A stretch of 64,000 nucleotides of DNA, taken from the IMG/VR virus record IMGVR_UViG_3300010371_000029, positions 66,269 to 130,268 of that record. The stretch is one strand, 5' to 3'. The notes beneath the pieces are model-generated. The model did no database searches, was not told the origin of the DNA, and worked only from the letters and a program-made list of their open reading frames with translations. The position numbers and the translations under genes are program-made. The stretch comes from a virus. Every line of letters starts with the position of its first letter. Positions within the stretch are counted from its first letter, which is position 1. Positions 19,481-29,301 of the stretch are shown piece after piece.

Positions 19481-20888
19481 TCTCGGTTAAATTTTCAATT
19501 AAAATTGGAGGATTTTTCTTAACAGTCTCTCGATTTGTACGAATTTCTGTTAATTTAGCTATTTCTCCTTGAAGGTTACAATGTATAAAGTCGGTATCAT
19601 CAACATCAGGGGCGAACCGACTAAACAGGGGTTTAATCTTCCTATTACCATTTTGGGGGCCTTCCTCGGCAATCTCCTCAGGGGTTTTCTTTTGCAGGTA
19701 AGAAACAGATGAGGCTAACCAAGACAGTCTATCAGATGCGGCTATTAACTCTTCCCTATTAAGTTGTGACATACAAAGACATGCTAAATCCAACTCAATC
19801 ATAGTATCCACAAGGGCGGTAACCATGAAACCAAGTTTTTGATATTCGGACACATTAGAATTAAGTTTGGAGTCATTCAAAACTTTAATGTAATCAAGAA
19901 TAACTACTGCTGGTTTGTCTCTAGCGTTCTTAGCGGCCCACCTACGAATAATTGCTATTACTTCATCCCATTCTCGCCCAGCAATATTAATATAGTCGAG
20001 TGGATATGCTTTTATCCTTTTAGCAGACTCGACTACCTCACGAGATTTTACTGGGTCTGCTGCAAATTTACCCGTTTCTATGTCATAAATCGTTACCCCA
20101 CTTTGATTTGCGTAAATTCTATCAAGTTGAAGCTCATTATTTAACTCGGTATCAAGTAACAAAACGTTTATACCCTGTTCGGCAATACTTAGGGCGGCTT
20201 GAGTGGCGAATATGCTTTTCCCCACCTTTGGGCGGGCACCAACTAGATTGACTGTCTTTTTCCTTAACCCTCCCCCGATATATTTGTCATATCGTTTGAA
20301 ACCTGTAGATATACCCACATACTCGCGTGGGTTCTCAGCAAGAAACTTTAGATAGGCTTCGCCATCAAATGTAAGTGAAACTGGAGTATCCTTGGAATCA
20401 TCCACAATTTTATTAGCTAAACCAAACACCGGTGTCTCGATTAGAGACATTATTTGGGAGATTGACTCATCCCCTTTAATAGCAAGAATGTCCTTTCTAG
20501 CTTCGTCAAGTTCGCCCACTATAAGCCGAGCTACTTCAAACCGTTTTACTGTTTTAGCAAACTTTAAAACATTGGCTAAGGAAACTCTAGTATCCAAAAC
20601 GTTTTTCAAATGTTCAAGGTCTGCCTTCTTCTCGAAAGCCTTTTCTAGACTCAAACGGGAAATAGTTTGAATTACAAGAGGAGCTTCAATTTGGGCACTT
20701 TTGTTCTCCTGAAAGATATGGCCGAATATACGATAAATAGCTTGGTTAGTAGGGTCCGAAAAAGAGCGGACCCTTAAAAGCCCGTCGATAAGGCAAAAAC
20801 TTTCATATCCATGTGTTGCTATACTTCCTAAAACTGAGCGTTCTGCTGGGGTATCGCACAGACTCTTAGTCATGTTGAACTTGTTCAA
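19464..20888 (-). CDS. dnaB: Replicative DNA helicase
   Basis: AERSVLG, GISTGF, GARPKVGKS, ILDYIK, SQLNR. Confidence 0.92.
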   Translation of the reverse strand: MNKFNMTKSLCDTPAERSVLGSIATHGYESFCLIDGLLRVRSFSDPTNQAIYRIFGHIFQENKSAQIEAPLVIQTISRLSLEKAFEKKADLEHLKNVLDTRVSLANVLKFAKTVKRFEVARLIVGELDEARKDILAIKGDESISQIMSLIETPVFGLANKIVDDSKDTPVSLTFDGEAYLKFLAENPREYVGISTGFKRYDKYIGGGLRKKTVNLVGARPKVGKSIFATQAALSIAEQGINVLLLDTELNNELQLDRIYANQSGVTIYDIETGKFAADPVKSREVVESAKRIKAYPLDYINIAGREWDEVIAIIRRWAAKNARDKPAVVILDYIKVLNDSKLNSNVSEYQKLGFMVTALVDTMIELDLACLCMSQLNREELIAASDRLSWLASSVSYLQKKTPEEIAEEGPQNGNRKIKPLFSRFAPDVDDTDFIHCNLQGEIAKLTEIRTNRETVKKNPPILIENLTENDLTV

Positions 20889-21326
20889 CCTACATTTTCG
20901 TTAGTTAACCCACTTTGCCCATTATCAACCTTCATATTATTTTCTTCTAAGACTTCTGCTTCATCTTCTTCTTCATTTTCATCTTTTTCTTTATCGTCTA
21001 TCATAATCTAATTTCTTTCTTTGGTAGGTGAATTTTATATTTTTCCATAATTTTAATATTGGTTCCAGGGCCAGTTATGAATAATTAGGCCAACGATAGC
21101 CGAAACTATAATAATTAAAACTACAAGTTTAATATTAATGAGAATACCCCTTTAATTATCCTTTCTAGCATTTTGTAGCAACAAAATTTGGTTCTTCAAA
21201 ATCTGTTTCAAATAAACACTAAACCTAACATGTTCCGTTCTGGGGTGTGCGAGTACCGCCGAGTTCTTGATTGCTTTGGTAATTCGTTCTTTGCGGGAAA
21301 GTCTAATGTGCATAAATGCACTCCTT

Positions 21327-21593
21327 TTAATGAATTGTTATACTTATTCCTAACTCTTTTGCGATTGCTAGCAATCGCTGACGCTTCTCTTCTAACTCAC
21401 AATCCGGCTGACCCGTTTTCTTATCATATTCTTTAGCTTTTTCATAAATTCTATAGAAATCTTCAATATCAGTACCGGTAACAGTTTTACCCTCTTCTAG
21501 TCGTTTCATCCATCCTTCTGAATAGGAATCCATTATGAAAGAAACTGCGCACATTAGGCTAAACCTCTCCGCGCGCTGGCGCAGCCATTGCAA
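21327..21593 (-). CDS. Hypothetical protein
   Basis: MCAVSFI...A..YD..TGQPDC motif. Confidence 0.6.
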   Translation of the reverse strand: MQWLRQRAERFSLMCAVSFIMDSYSEGWMKRLEEGKTVTGTDIEDFYRIYEKAKEYDKKTGQPDCELEEKRQRLLAIAKELGISITIH

Positions 21594-22153
21594 ACATATG
21601 TTCCGTCACTTTTAGTAATATGGGCCGGATTAGTCATAAAATCTCGCCCACAACCTGTACAATTTACCTTAACTTCCTTAAACTCCGGTCTATCCCGCGC
21701 TACTGGCTTTTCTTTATAGAGTTTCTTATCCCGTTCCTTACTGTACCCCCCGCTCTCTTCGCCTTCCTTGGGTCCTAAGGTAACAAACCCAAAATCGCGG
21801 GTATACTTCTTGGGGGGATTTCTATTAGGACCAACAGAAACCTTTATAGAGTCTTCAGGAACAACTTCTTCAATCCCATCTTCTTGGTCATCTTCGGACT
21901 CTTGGTCCGAATTTTCTTGTTCTTCGTCATCCTCTGTAAAGTCTCCAAAACTCCCAGTTTCGTCCTTTCGGGCTAGACTTAGTAAATAAGAACCAGCGCG
22001 TTCAAAGATAATTTCATCGGGTACTTCTGCTACGACAGCGGACATTTTTACCTTCTTTCCTGTTAAACCTTGATAAGCTTCACAAACCAACTCCCAGTTA
22101 CATTTCTGAATACCCTCCTTAAGAAGGGTTATAGGACTCTTTATTTTTGCCAT
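21554..22153 (-). CDS. Hypothetical protein with acidic tract and C-terminal zinc ribbon
   Basis: CTGCG...CNGC. Confidence 0.65.
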   Translation of the reverse strand: MAKIKSPITLLKEGIQKCNWELVCEAYQGLTGKKVKMSAVVAEVPDEIIFERAGSYLLSLARKDETGSFGDFTEDDEEQENSDQESEDDQEDGIEEVVPEDSIKVSVGPNRNPPKKYTRDFGFVTLGPKEGEESGGYSKERDKKLYKEKPVARDRPEFKEVKVNCTGCGRDFMTNPAHITKSDGTYVCNGCASARRGLA

Positions 22154-22605
22154 CGTTTTGTTTCCTGAAGGGCTAATAGACTTTTAGTCATTGATTCCAC
22201 CCTAGCCGGCAGATAGGATAGGGCCGCTATATGGGCCTGCGCGTCACGTATAGCGTTAAATAACATAACGGCCACAGAATTATCTCTAATTGCTATCATT
22301 TTCCGCTCATCAAAGGAATAGGCCGTAATTTCAACCATCCGGGGGGCTATGATATATTTAAGATACTCGTCGCACTTTTTTATAAGAGCTTCGTGTTTAT
22401 TTAACTCTTGCTGTAAATAAAGAGAGTATTTAGATAGTTCAAAAGCATATTCCCCACAACTTTCTGGAGAAAGCCGCCTTAAATCATTAGATTCTAAACC
22501 TAGAATCTCATCAATTGATTTACCTATACTTACCCTATCTAGACTTAAACCTTTATAATAAGAAAGCAAGGTTTCTCGAAACTTTTGAATTTCCTCAGTT
22601 GTCAT
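22141..22605 (-). CDS. Hypothetical helical protein (possibly a UvsY-like recombination mediator)
   Basis: All-helical and near recA; function is inference only. Confidence 0.4.
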   Translation of the reverse strand: MTTEEIQKFRETLLSYYKGLSLDRVSIGKSIDEILGLESNDLRRLSPESCGEYAFELSKYSLYLQQELNKHEALIKKCDEYLKYIIAPRMVEITAYSFDERKMIAIRDNSVAVMLFNAIRDAQAHIAALSYLPARVESMTKSLLALQETKRWQK

Positions 22606-22996
22606 ATGCGGCTCTAATGATTTGTTGCCAGTTTTCTTCCTGGTCCCAGGGCAAAATTGCTAATTTAATCCCATTAAGTTCGCAAAGTCTTTTCTTTTCA
22701 GAATCTCGTTTAAGGGAAGCCCGGAAGCCCCCCATATTTCCATGAAAACGTTCACAGTACACGAAATGTTGCTGTCCGTGAACTTCAACGCCAAGCCGTT
22801 CGGACGGCAAGAAAAAGTCAAGGTAAAGAGAAGTAGAAGCACCCGGCAAGTGTACTTCTTCAGCCGCTATGCAGAAAGGAAAGAGACGTTTTAGTAACGT
22901 CCTGCAAATGATATGTGGGCGGCTTTTTAATCGTTCAAGGTTTGTTTTAGGAAGGGACAACCGATATTCGCGGCCATCTAAACCTTTAAATTTTAT
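22595..22996 (-). CDS. PD-(D/E)XK (DUF559/Vsr-like) endonuclease, probable ATA start
   Basis: LYLDFFLP..GVEVHGQQH..RDSEK..C..NGI. The frame extends to (ATA)KFKGLDGREY after a GAGAGG RBS. Confidence 0.7.
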   Translation of the reverse strand: MKFKGLDGREYRLSLPKTNLERLKSRPHIICRTLLKRLFPFCIAAEEVHLPGASTSLYLDFFLPSERLGVEVHGQQHFVYCERFHGNMGGFRASLKRDSEKKRLCELNGIKLAILPWDQEENWQQIIRAAYDN

Positions 22997-23213
22997 GAGG
23001 GGCCTCTCTATTTAACCATTCTATAAATTTATCTAAATACTCCCAACTTTCTGGTTGCCCCTCTGGTACAGAAAAAGATTTATGATGATTATATCCATAT
23101 ACAACATTATCTTTTATTCTAGTTATAGTTACAAAATCTACACCTGTTTTAAAAACATATGTACCAATTAAATCAGAATAATTTGGTCTAGTTATTTTGA
23201 GTAAATTATACAT
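22986..23213 (-). CDS. LLKITR-family small protein 5
   Basis: N-terminus MYNLLKITRP. Confidence 0.8.
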   Translation of the reverse strand: MYNLLKITRPNYSDLIGTYVFKTGVDFVTITRIKDNVVYGYNHHKSFSVPEGQPESWEYLDKFIEWLNREAPHKI

Positions 23214-23434
23214 TAACTAATTTTCCAAATTCTACCACTTTTTAAAAGTCTGTGAAATTCTTCTAAAGTGGCCGACCTTTTTAAATCTGGACTGTTACTA
23301 TGAAATCCATAAATTCTTTCATTATCTACGTTTTGAATAATTAGGTCCACGCCATATAATGCAAGTAGATTTGACCGATAAGTCCCAATAATTGAATCCC
23401 TAGGATTCCTAGTTAATTTTAATAAGGCGTTCAT
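23213..23434 (-). CDS. LLKITR-family small protein 6
   Basis: N-terminus MNALLKLTRN; shares IGTY with protein 5. Confidence 0.8.
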   Translation of the reverse strand: MNALLKLTRNPRDSIIGTYRSNLLALYGVDLIIQNVDNERIYGFHSNSPDLKRSATLEEFHRLLKSGRIWKIS

Positions 23435-24480
23435 TTAAATAAACTCAACAACTTTCCATAAATTATATCGGTTTCATCCGGGTTTTCTTTAAGATAAATG
23501 CGGAACTTTTCTTCGCCCTGAAACTTCTGCTCAACGCCAGCGGCGTCTTTGTGTTTGAACCATGCCCCACTTAATTCCACCACCCCATATTCTTTGGCAC
23601 ACCCTATAATCTCACTAATCGTATCCACACCTTCACCGTACCGAATTATCATTTCGGGCTTTTGGAAAGGAGGGCCTAGGGAACAACAGTGAACTTCCCA
23701 ATGAACCCTTTGACCTATAGGGGCTTCCCCCTCTTTTTTAGAGATTTTTTCCATATAGGTGGCTTCAAGCTTAGTATCGGCTTGGTAAGCTATGGCAAAG
23801 CCTCCCTTCTCTGTTCTAGTTTTCCCCTTACCTGATGGATTTCCCATCATTTGGGTAATAGCTACTACGAAATTTTTATTTACCGGGAGTATCTGGGCAA
23901 CTTCCTGGCAAAATTTGCTTAAGAGCGAATTAACCTCGGCTCGTCGTCCAGCTTCCCCAAAGTCAGACTTTTCCCCAGTTGACCTAGGTGTGAGCATGGG
24001 TATGGAATCTATAATTAATACGCAACCGTGGTCATTCTTTAAAAAATCCAATCCCATCCCTAAGTAATCTTCGGCATAATAAATTACTGGTTCGCCATTA
24101 GGAAATTCTTCAGTGGGGGGGAGCTTGTGGGAACGAATTAAGTGAAATTTATCAAAATCAAATCCCGCCCAATCTAAATTCTTCTTAGAAATTCTTCCTT
24201 CCACGTCAATGTAATAAATGGTCCGCCCACCATATTCGGGCTTTTGGCAATTTGCGGCGAACTTTAGCGCTAAGGTACTTTTGCCCATCTTGGGCATACC
24301 GGTTAAAGTAATCCAAGAGCCTTCTTGCGCGCCTCCATATATTGATATATCAATAGCTGGAGTCATAGGTACAATCATAGGGGGCGATTCCATCACCTTG
24401 CGAGGGTCAGTAAAAACGCCGGTCCCATATTTTTTTAGGATTGACTTATGAGCTTCTTCAGAAAGGGATTTCTGTATCAT
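23431..24480 (-). CDS. recA: RecA-like recombinase
   Basis: GMPKMGKST, YIDVE, IIDSI, ITQM, GGFAIAY; probable start MIQKSL (24480). Confidence 0.9.
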   Translation of the reverse strand: MIQKSLSEEAHKSILKKYGTGVFTDPRKVMESPPMIVPMTPAIDISIYGGAQEGSWITLTGMPKMGKSTLALKFAANCQKPEYGGRTIYYIDVEGRISKKNLDWAGFDFDKFHLIRSHKLPPTEEFPNGEPVIYYAEDYLGMGLDFLKNDHGCVLIIDSIPMLTPRSTGEKSDFGEAGRRAEVNSLLSKFCQEVAQILPVNKNFVVAITQMMGNPSGKGKTRTEKGGFAIAYQADTKLEATYMEKISKKEGEAPIGQRVHWEVHCCSLGPPFQKPEMIIRYGEGVDTISEIIGCAKEYGVVELSGAWFKHKDAAGVEQKFQGEEKFRIYLKENPDETDIIYGKLLSLFK

Positions 24481-24718
24481 CTGGAACCGATTTGTTATAT
24501 AATCTTTTTGGTAATTCAAAATAAGGTCCAAATATTTCAGAACTAAAATCTTCTAAACAAAAAAATCTATGTGAACCATCAATAGTTAATAAAACAGTGA
24601 AATCTTCAATATTTATATCTTCCACAGTATAAATATACTCTTGTCTATAAATAGAATCACCAATTTGGACAGGAAAATCAAGTTTGGGCGGTCTAGTAAT
24701 TTTTAACAATTCTTTCAT
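24458..24718 (-). CDS. LLKITR-family small protein 7
   Basis: N-terminus MKELLKITRPPKLDFP. Confidence 0.8.
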   Translation of the reverse strand: MKELLKITRPPKLDFPVQIGDSIYRQEYIYTVEDINIEDFTVLLTIDGSHRFFCLEDFSSEIFGPYFELPKRLYNKSVPDDTEIPF

Positions 24719-25116
24719 AAATCTAAAGACTTTTTCCCAAAAGTTGGTCTAGGTGGTTCTACCTGAGGTAAGGAAATTTCTGTAGTTTCAATATTATTTT
24801 CTTTACATATTAAATACTTACGTAGTTGTGGATTTTTAAGAGAAAACAATTTAACTCGGGCGGTTATACATGATTTAATCCCATTAATTAGGGTCGAAGA
24901 CTCATATTTTTTTAATAGACGGTCGGCCAAAGTTTTCTGATAAACAAAAGTTTTAGTCCATTTGGGGCTCTGCCAAAATTTGGTGGGCAACCTTTCATTC
25001 CTATGGGCGGCCACACATTCACATACTAATTCGGCCGCATATTGGGAGGGGGTTACAAAGGTGTCGGGAGAATAACGGGACTTGTATTTAGAAAGTTCAG
25101 AACGTTCATTTGCCAT
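24715..25116 (-). CDS. Hypothetical protein
   Basis: YKSRYS..Q.AAELVCE..LP.KFW; no function assigned. Confidence 0.65.
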   Translation of the reverse strand: MANERSELSKYKSRYSPDTFVTPSQYAAELVCECVAAHRNERLPTKFWQSPKWTKTFVYQKTLADRLLKKYESSTLINGIKSCITARVKLFSLKNPQLRKYLICKENNIETTEISLPQVEPPRPTFGKKSLDL

Positions 25117-25325
25117 TAGTTCAACTCAGCTTCATCTTTTAGTTCATTTTCTCTAAATTTAAGTATTAAATGTCCAATTTCAATTAATAATTCTAAGGGA
25201 GCAATTTCAGCCATTGCTTCAATAAATGAACGTAAGAAAACTTCTCCAAATCTATCCCTATTTTTAGCGTCTTCCAAATATTTTTTAAAATCATTAAGAT
25301 TTCTTAGAGATTCATAATCTGACAA
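25116..25325 (-). CDS. Hypothetical protein
   Basis: Operonic ORF. Confidence 0.5.
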   Translation of the reverse strand: MSDYESLRNLNDFKKYLEDAKNRDRFGEVFLRSFIEAMAEIAPLELLIEIGHLILKFRENELKDEAELN

Positions 25326-25722
25326 TTAAGTTTTCCTTACATTCTTCCATAGACCTTTTAGTGGTCTCTACCACTATTAATTCAGGGACCCGATAAAACT
25401 CAATGGAGATTTCATTTCCTTCTAAAGTACCGACCCCCCATCTGTGGACCGTATTTATCGGACTAGCTAAGATAGAGTAGGTGAACCAATAGCCCGCTGA
25501 CGCGGGCAAATTTATAATATGGGACCTAAATTGGAGTTTAAAAGATTCAATATATAGAGTGTTTAGTTCACAATATTCTTTTAATCTTACCCAAGAATTC
25601 CTAGGATTAATACCTGGGATATTATCATTTCTAAAAACTACCTGTCCATTAGATAGTCTAGCCACCCATCGCAAATCTTCTAAATATGGATTTTTGGCAT
25701 CTGTACAAATTAATTTACACAT
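25312..25722 (-). CDS. Hypothetical protein
   Basis: WVARLSNG..SWVRLKEYC..LQFRSH. Confidence 0.65.
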   Translation of the reverse strand: MCKLICTDAKNPYLEDLRWVARLSNGQVVFRNDNIPGINPRNSWVRLKEYCELNTLYIESFKLQFRSHIINLPASAGYWFTYSILASPINTVHRWGVGTLEGNEISIEFYRVPELIVVETTKRSMEECKENLIVRL

Positions 25723-26024
25723 TTAGTGGTGCAATTCTTAATCCTATCTGTGGGTTCGCCCTGATTTACATGAAGAACCTTACGAGCATCATCAATTTCG
25801 GCCGATTTAGCCTCAGTCATTACAACATACCCTTTACCAGTTTCGGGCTTGGGTTGCTCCGAAACTTTAGGAAGGGTGTCATAAAACGCCCGCACTTGCT
25901 TTTGGCTTCGGCTTAATTGGTCCGCCACAGCCGGAAGCATTCGTTCCAAAGCGTTCCCGTTCAAGTGTGCCAATTCGTTCTGAATCACTTCCTTTTCTTT
26001 CTTACTTAATTGTCCGCGCTTCAT
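25710..26024 (-). CDS. Hypothetical protein, possible HTH
   Basis: KRGQLSKKEK..VADQLSRS..VMTEAKS..D. Confidence 0.6.
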   Translation of the reverse strand: MKRGQLSKKEKEVIQNELAHLNGNALERMLPAVADQLSRSQKQVRAFYDTLPKVSEQPKPETGKGYVVMTEAKSAEIDDARKVLHVNQGEPTDRIKNCTTKCVN

Positions 26025-26434
26025 TACATTCTCCTATTTGCTTGGTTATAATAGGCAACATTACCAGTTTTAATAAACGACATATAAAGGTCGAACGTAT
26101 CCTTATCAACCTTCACATACTCATAATAGCCTCGCCGACTCGAAACATCAACCGCATTTAAACCTTTGTCATTAACTCCGTTTGGATTGTATAAATTTCC
26201 CTTCTGGGAACCCATCGTACTTGCTTTAATAAAATAATTAGATAGATTACTATATTTTTCTACCTTGCAAAGGGCTTTATCGTCCTTAGATGCTACCACC
26301 TGTCCGCCCCAAACGTATTCGAGGATAGTCGTTGTTTCTTTTAAATCTCCCACCCCAAACGTCTCATTCATATATCTTTTCTCCCTTAACTGCCGTAACT
26401 TGTATTCTATTCTCAGTAGAGTCAATACTATCAA
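26024..26434 (-). CDS. Hypothetical protein (true start probably MNETF)
   Basis: Operonic ORF. Confidence 0.55.
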   Translation of the reverse strand: MIVLTLLRIEYKLRQLREKRYMNETFGVGDLKETTTILEYVWGGQVVASKDDKALCKVEKYSNLSNYFIKASTMGSQKGNLYNPNGVNDKGLNAVDVSSRRGYYEYVKVDKDTFDLYMSFIKTGNVAYYNQANRRM

Positions 26435-26669
26435 TAGCCGTAAAGGCCGTGCAACCTAGATGGAACGTCCCCTTAATTATTTTCTCGAAAGAACTATCAC
26501 CACAGTATGGGCAATTACATTTTGCTATAGTCTCAACCTTATTTTGCGGGCCAGTTATGAAGAAATCTACAAGTGGACAGCCGCAATTTGAACATTCTAG
26601 TATTACGTGCCCCCCATCAGAAATATTTGGGTTGGGGTCGCGGATACGCTCGTCAGAAGAAAGTTTCAT
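26364..26669 (-). CDS. Zinc-ribbon protein
   Basis: CSNCG...CPYCGDSSF. Confidence 0.65.
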   Translation of the reverse strand: MKLSSDERIRDPNPNISDGGHVILECSNCGCPLVDFFITGPQNKVETIAKCNCPYCGDSSFEKIIKGTFHLGCTAFTAIDSIDSTENRIQVTAVKGEKIYE

Positions 26670-26947
26670 ATAATATCGCCTTTAAAGACTTCTGGATAAA
26701 GTTTATATAACGGTAAACCGTCTTTTTGTAAGCCAAAATAACAAATATATATACTAATTCTATCACTAACACCTTTTATATTATCATATATTAATGCATC
26801 TAATACCTTATTGGTTCTTCTAATATATATAGCAGAATCTACATAATAATCTATATGAGAATAAGCTTCTAGGAAAACTTGTGTTCCTATTTGAAGAGGT
26901 AATCCTAAAAATTTATCTGGACGAGTTATTTTTAATAACTGTTTCAT
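26666..26947 (-). CDS. LLKITR-family small protein 8
   Basis: N-terminus MKQLLKITRP. Confidence 0.8.
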   Translation of the reverse strand: MKQLLKITRPDKFLGLPLQIGTQVFLEAYSHIDYYVDSAIYIRRTNKVLDALIYDNIKGVSDRISIYICYFGLQKDGLPLYKLYPEVFKGDII

Positions 26948-27174
26948 TTTAAATCCTGGCGGGCTCGCCGGCCATCCTTAGGGCCACCAGTCTTCTTTTT
27001 AAGGGCATCTAGGGCTTCTCCCGCTAACAACCGGGCCGACTCTAAACTAAATGTTTCTATGTGAAACTGCTGCATCGGAATAGATTCGACCGAATCCCCA
27101 TACTCCCCCCCCGGCAGCCCCTTGAATATTTGGGCGTGAACTTGAATTATAACAAGATGTTTTACGTCTGCCAT
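26944..27174 (-). CDS. Hypothetical protein
   Basis: ORF preceded by an AGGAG RBS. Confidence 0.55.
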   Translation of the reverse strand: MADVKHLVIIQVHAQIFKGLPGGEYGDSVESIPMQQFHIETFSLESARLLAGEALDALKKKTGGPKDGRRARQDLK

Positions 27175-27190
27175 GTTCTATATTATCTCC

Positions 27191-27469
27191 TTATCCTTTA
27201 TTTCTTCGTGGGCAGCCGTAAACCAATAAAGCACGTATAGCTATAGCCGACACTTTTCTTAATACGTCTCTAGCCTGTAAATCGGAAGGATTATCAGTCC
27301 AAGCTTCTTGAGCCCTTCGTGTATAAACCCCCAAAGTGACTAATTGTCCTTCAACCCCATAATCTTCCTTATCAGCCCGGCCAATTTCAGATAACTTGGA
27401 AATATAATCAAGTTCTTCATCAATCGCTGATATAACTTCTGGAGTAAGTTTTAGCTCTACATTTTTCAT
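27191..27469 (-). CDS. Hypothetical protein, possible MazG-like all-alpha fold
   Basis: AIDEELDY...LRKVSAIAIRAL..G.P.R. Confidence 0.45.
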   Translation of the reverse strand: MKNVELKLTPEVISAIDEELDYISKLSEIGRADKEDYGVEGQLVTLGVYTRRAQEAWTDNPSDLQARDVLRKVSAIAIRALLVYGCPRRNKG

Positions 27470-27867
27470 ACTATTTTTCCTTCATGGACATATTTTTGTT
27501 TCTGCTCCGGGCTCATTCCAGCTATTTTCTTTAAACGTTTAATCTTTTCTTTACCTAGAGGAGCCTCCTTTTTTAGCCGCCGCATACCGGGCGGCAATTT
27601 ACTTGACGACTTTTTAATTCGTTTTTCCGCATCCTGTCTAATCTTCTCCTCTAAACCATATCGACCCAATTTTTTAGTGTTCTCCTCTGCTAATTTACCC
27701 ACTGTGGTAGGATTTCCATTAATAATGATGCCCACCCCCGAGTAAACCCGGAATAAAGTATTTTTACCACAACCGGGGCATTTTTTGAGGGGTTTATAAT
27801 CCGCAATAGACGAAACTTGTTCCAATTGGTGCTTACACGCACCACATTCATATTCATATCGAGGAAT
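27466..27867 (-). CDS. FmdB-family zinc-ribbon protein with ATT start
   Basis: (ATT)PRYEYECGACKH..KCPGCGK matches the FmdB 'MPxYEYxC' pattern. AGGAG lies 8 nt upstream and an in-frame TGA lies two codons upstream. Confidence 0.8.
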   Translation of the reverse strand: MPRYEYECGACKHQLEQVSSIADYKPLKKCPGCGKNTLFRVYSGVGIIINGNPTTVGKLAEENTKKLGRYGLEEKIRQDAEKRIKKSSSKLPPGMRRLKKEAPLGKEKIKRLKKIAGMSPEQKQKYVHEGKIV

Positions 27868-27879
27868 ATATCACACTCC

Positions 27880-28323
27880 TTAAAGAGGCCCACTCCAGGG
27901 ACCCTGTGGATAATTTCTTATTAATTCGTAACGATTTTCTATAAAAACTTCATTTCGGTTCAAAACCTGGCATCTTATACCATTTCGTCTTAGCCACATA
28001 GTTAAGTCTAATCTGCCAAAAATTCTAAAACTACGGCCCTGATGCCTTGTGGCTAATTTAAGTAAGGCCCACTTCTTAAATATATGGTGGTAATCGCGCA
28101 AACGCGAACCACAGTATGTTTGAAGATAATAACTATCCTGACTTCCTCTTACAACTTGAACAAAGTTCAAATAACGTTGTCTTATTCTGAAAGAGTTAGT
28201 ATCAGGGTCATCCTGTAAGGTAAATAGATAATCGCCCACATGAATATTAGTTTGGGGATATCTATAGAAATTTGGAAAATCAAGTTCAATGGGTGGTCTA
28301 GTAATCCTAAGCAAAGCTTGCAA
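27880..28323 (-). CDS. LLKITR-family protein 9 (longer, 147 aa)
   Basis: N-terminus MQALLRITRPPIELDFP (TTG start). Confidence 0.8.
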   Translation of the reverse strand: MQALLRITRPPIELDFPNFYRYPQTNIHVGDYLFTLQDDPDTNSFRIRQRYLNFVQVVRGSQDSYYLQTYCGSRLRDYHHIFKKWALLKLATRHQGRSFRIFGRLDLTMWLRRNGIRCQVLNRNEVFIENRYELIRNYPQGPWSGPL

Positions 28324-29230
28324 TTCGGTTTCTCCAATATGAAAGAGTGGTCCTAGTTAAATCCCAACGCTGGGAGCGTATATATTCTAATTGTTCCTTT
28401 AGAAAGTCAAACGTAATATTGAATAGGTTCGCTACCCGAACCATAGGTAGGTCCTGAAAGGACCGGGTGACTAGATTGTCTTCCACTATAGGTATAACAC
28501 CGCGATAAAGGCACTCGGCCGTCCTGTAGCAGTCGATTCCGTTACCGTTTGGACATAAACAGAAAATATGAGAATCTAATTCTTTAAGATATTCTTCAAA
28601 AGGTAGATTTGATTCCGGCCTACAAGTAACCCAAGTGTGCCGCGCGGCCATATAGAACTTTTTCAGTTGTACACGGGGCACTGTATAATTTTGGTGATTT
28701 ATATAGAGCCAGGAATCACGTTCTTGTTTTGGAAAGTTAAGTAGCGTAGCCGCTGTATTTTCAGCTATTCCGAAAGGAATCGTTTCAATCTTAGGGTGTT
28801 CCACTAAGGAATTAACCATGAACCACTTTTTAACACTTCCGGGGATTTCGGGAAAAGTAGCGAAGGTCCATGACCAACATTTAAGAGAATATCTATCGTT
28901 TATATCACAACGTTCTCTATAGCAACGGGCGTGCTGGTGAAAATCATCATATCCTAGACCACGATAATCCAACATTCCTAACCAACGTTGCATATCCGCC
29001 CAAACAGGCTGTTCTTGCTGATAAGCCAACCCTATATCAGAACTCGCGGACACAATTGTATATTTATTGGGCGGTTCACTCTTTATTAATTCAAAAAACG
29101 GTTTAATATGTTCTGCTGGTACGTAACATAACGTCTCTTTAGGAAATGGGTTACCAGTTTCCCACATGAGCGGACACAATTTTCTATAAGAGCTACATTC
29201 GATTATATCAGCGACGCTTAATTTATCCAT
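28307..29230 (-). CDS. Exostosin-like (GT47) glycosyltransferase
   Basis: IPFGI, FCLCPNGNGIDCYRTAECLYRGVIPIV, LPMV. Confidence 0.8.
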   Translation of the reverse strand: MDKLSVADIIECSSYRKLCPLMWETGNPFPKETLCYVPAEHIKPFFELIKSEPPNKYTIVSASSDIGLAYQQEQPVWADMQRWLGMLDYRGLGYDDFHQHARCYRERCDINDRYSLKCWSWTFATFPEIPGSVKKWFMVNSLVEHPKIETIPFGIAENTAATLLNFPKQERDSWLYINHQNYTVPRVQLKKFYMAARHTWVTCRPESNLPFEEYLKELDSHIFCLCPNGNGIDCYRTAECLYRGVIPIVEDNLVTRSFQDLPMVRVANLFNITFDFLKEQLEYIRSQRWDLTRTTLSYWRNRIASFA

Positions 29231-29301
29231 ATTGTTCCGTTTGGTCCAGGACCTATGTAAATATCAAACTTATCTTTCCTAATGTTAACAACTTTAGTCA
29301 T
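29218..29301 (-). pseudogene. Truncated DUF4326-like remnant
   Basis: MTKVVNIRKDKFDIYIG... resembles the DUF4326 N-terminus but stops after 27 aa. Confidence 0.5.
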
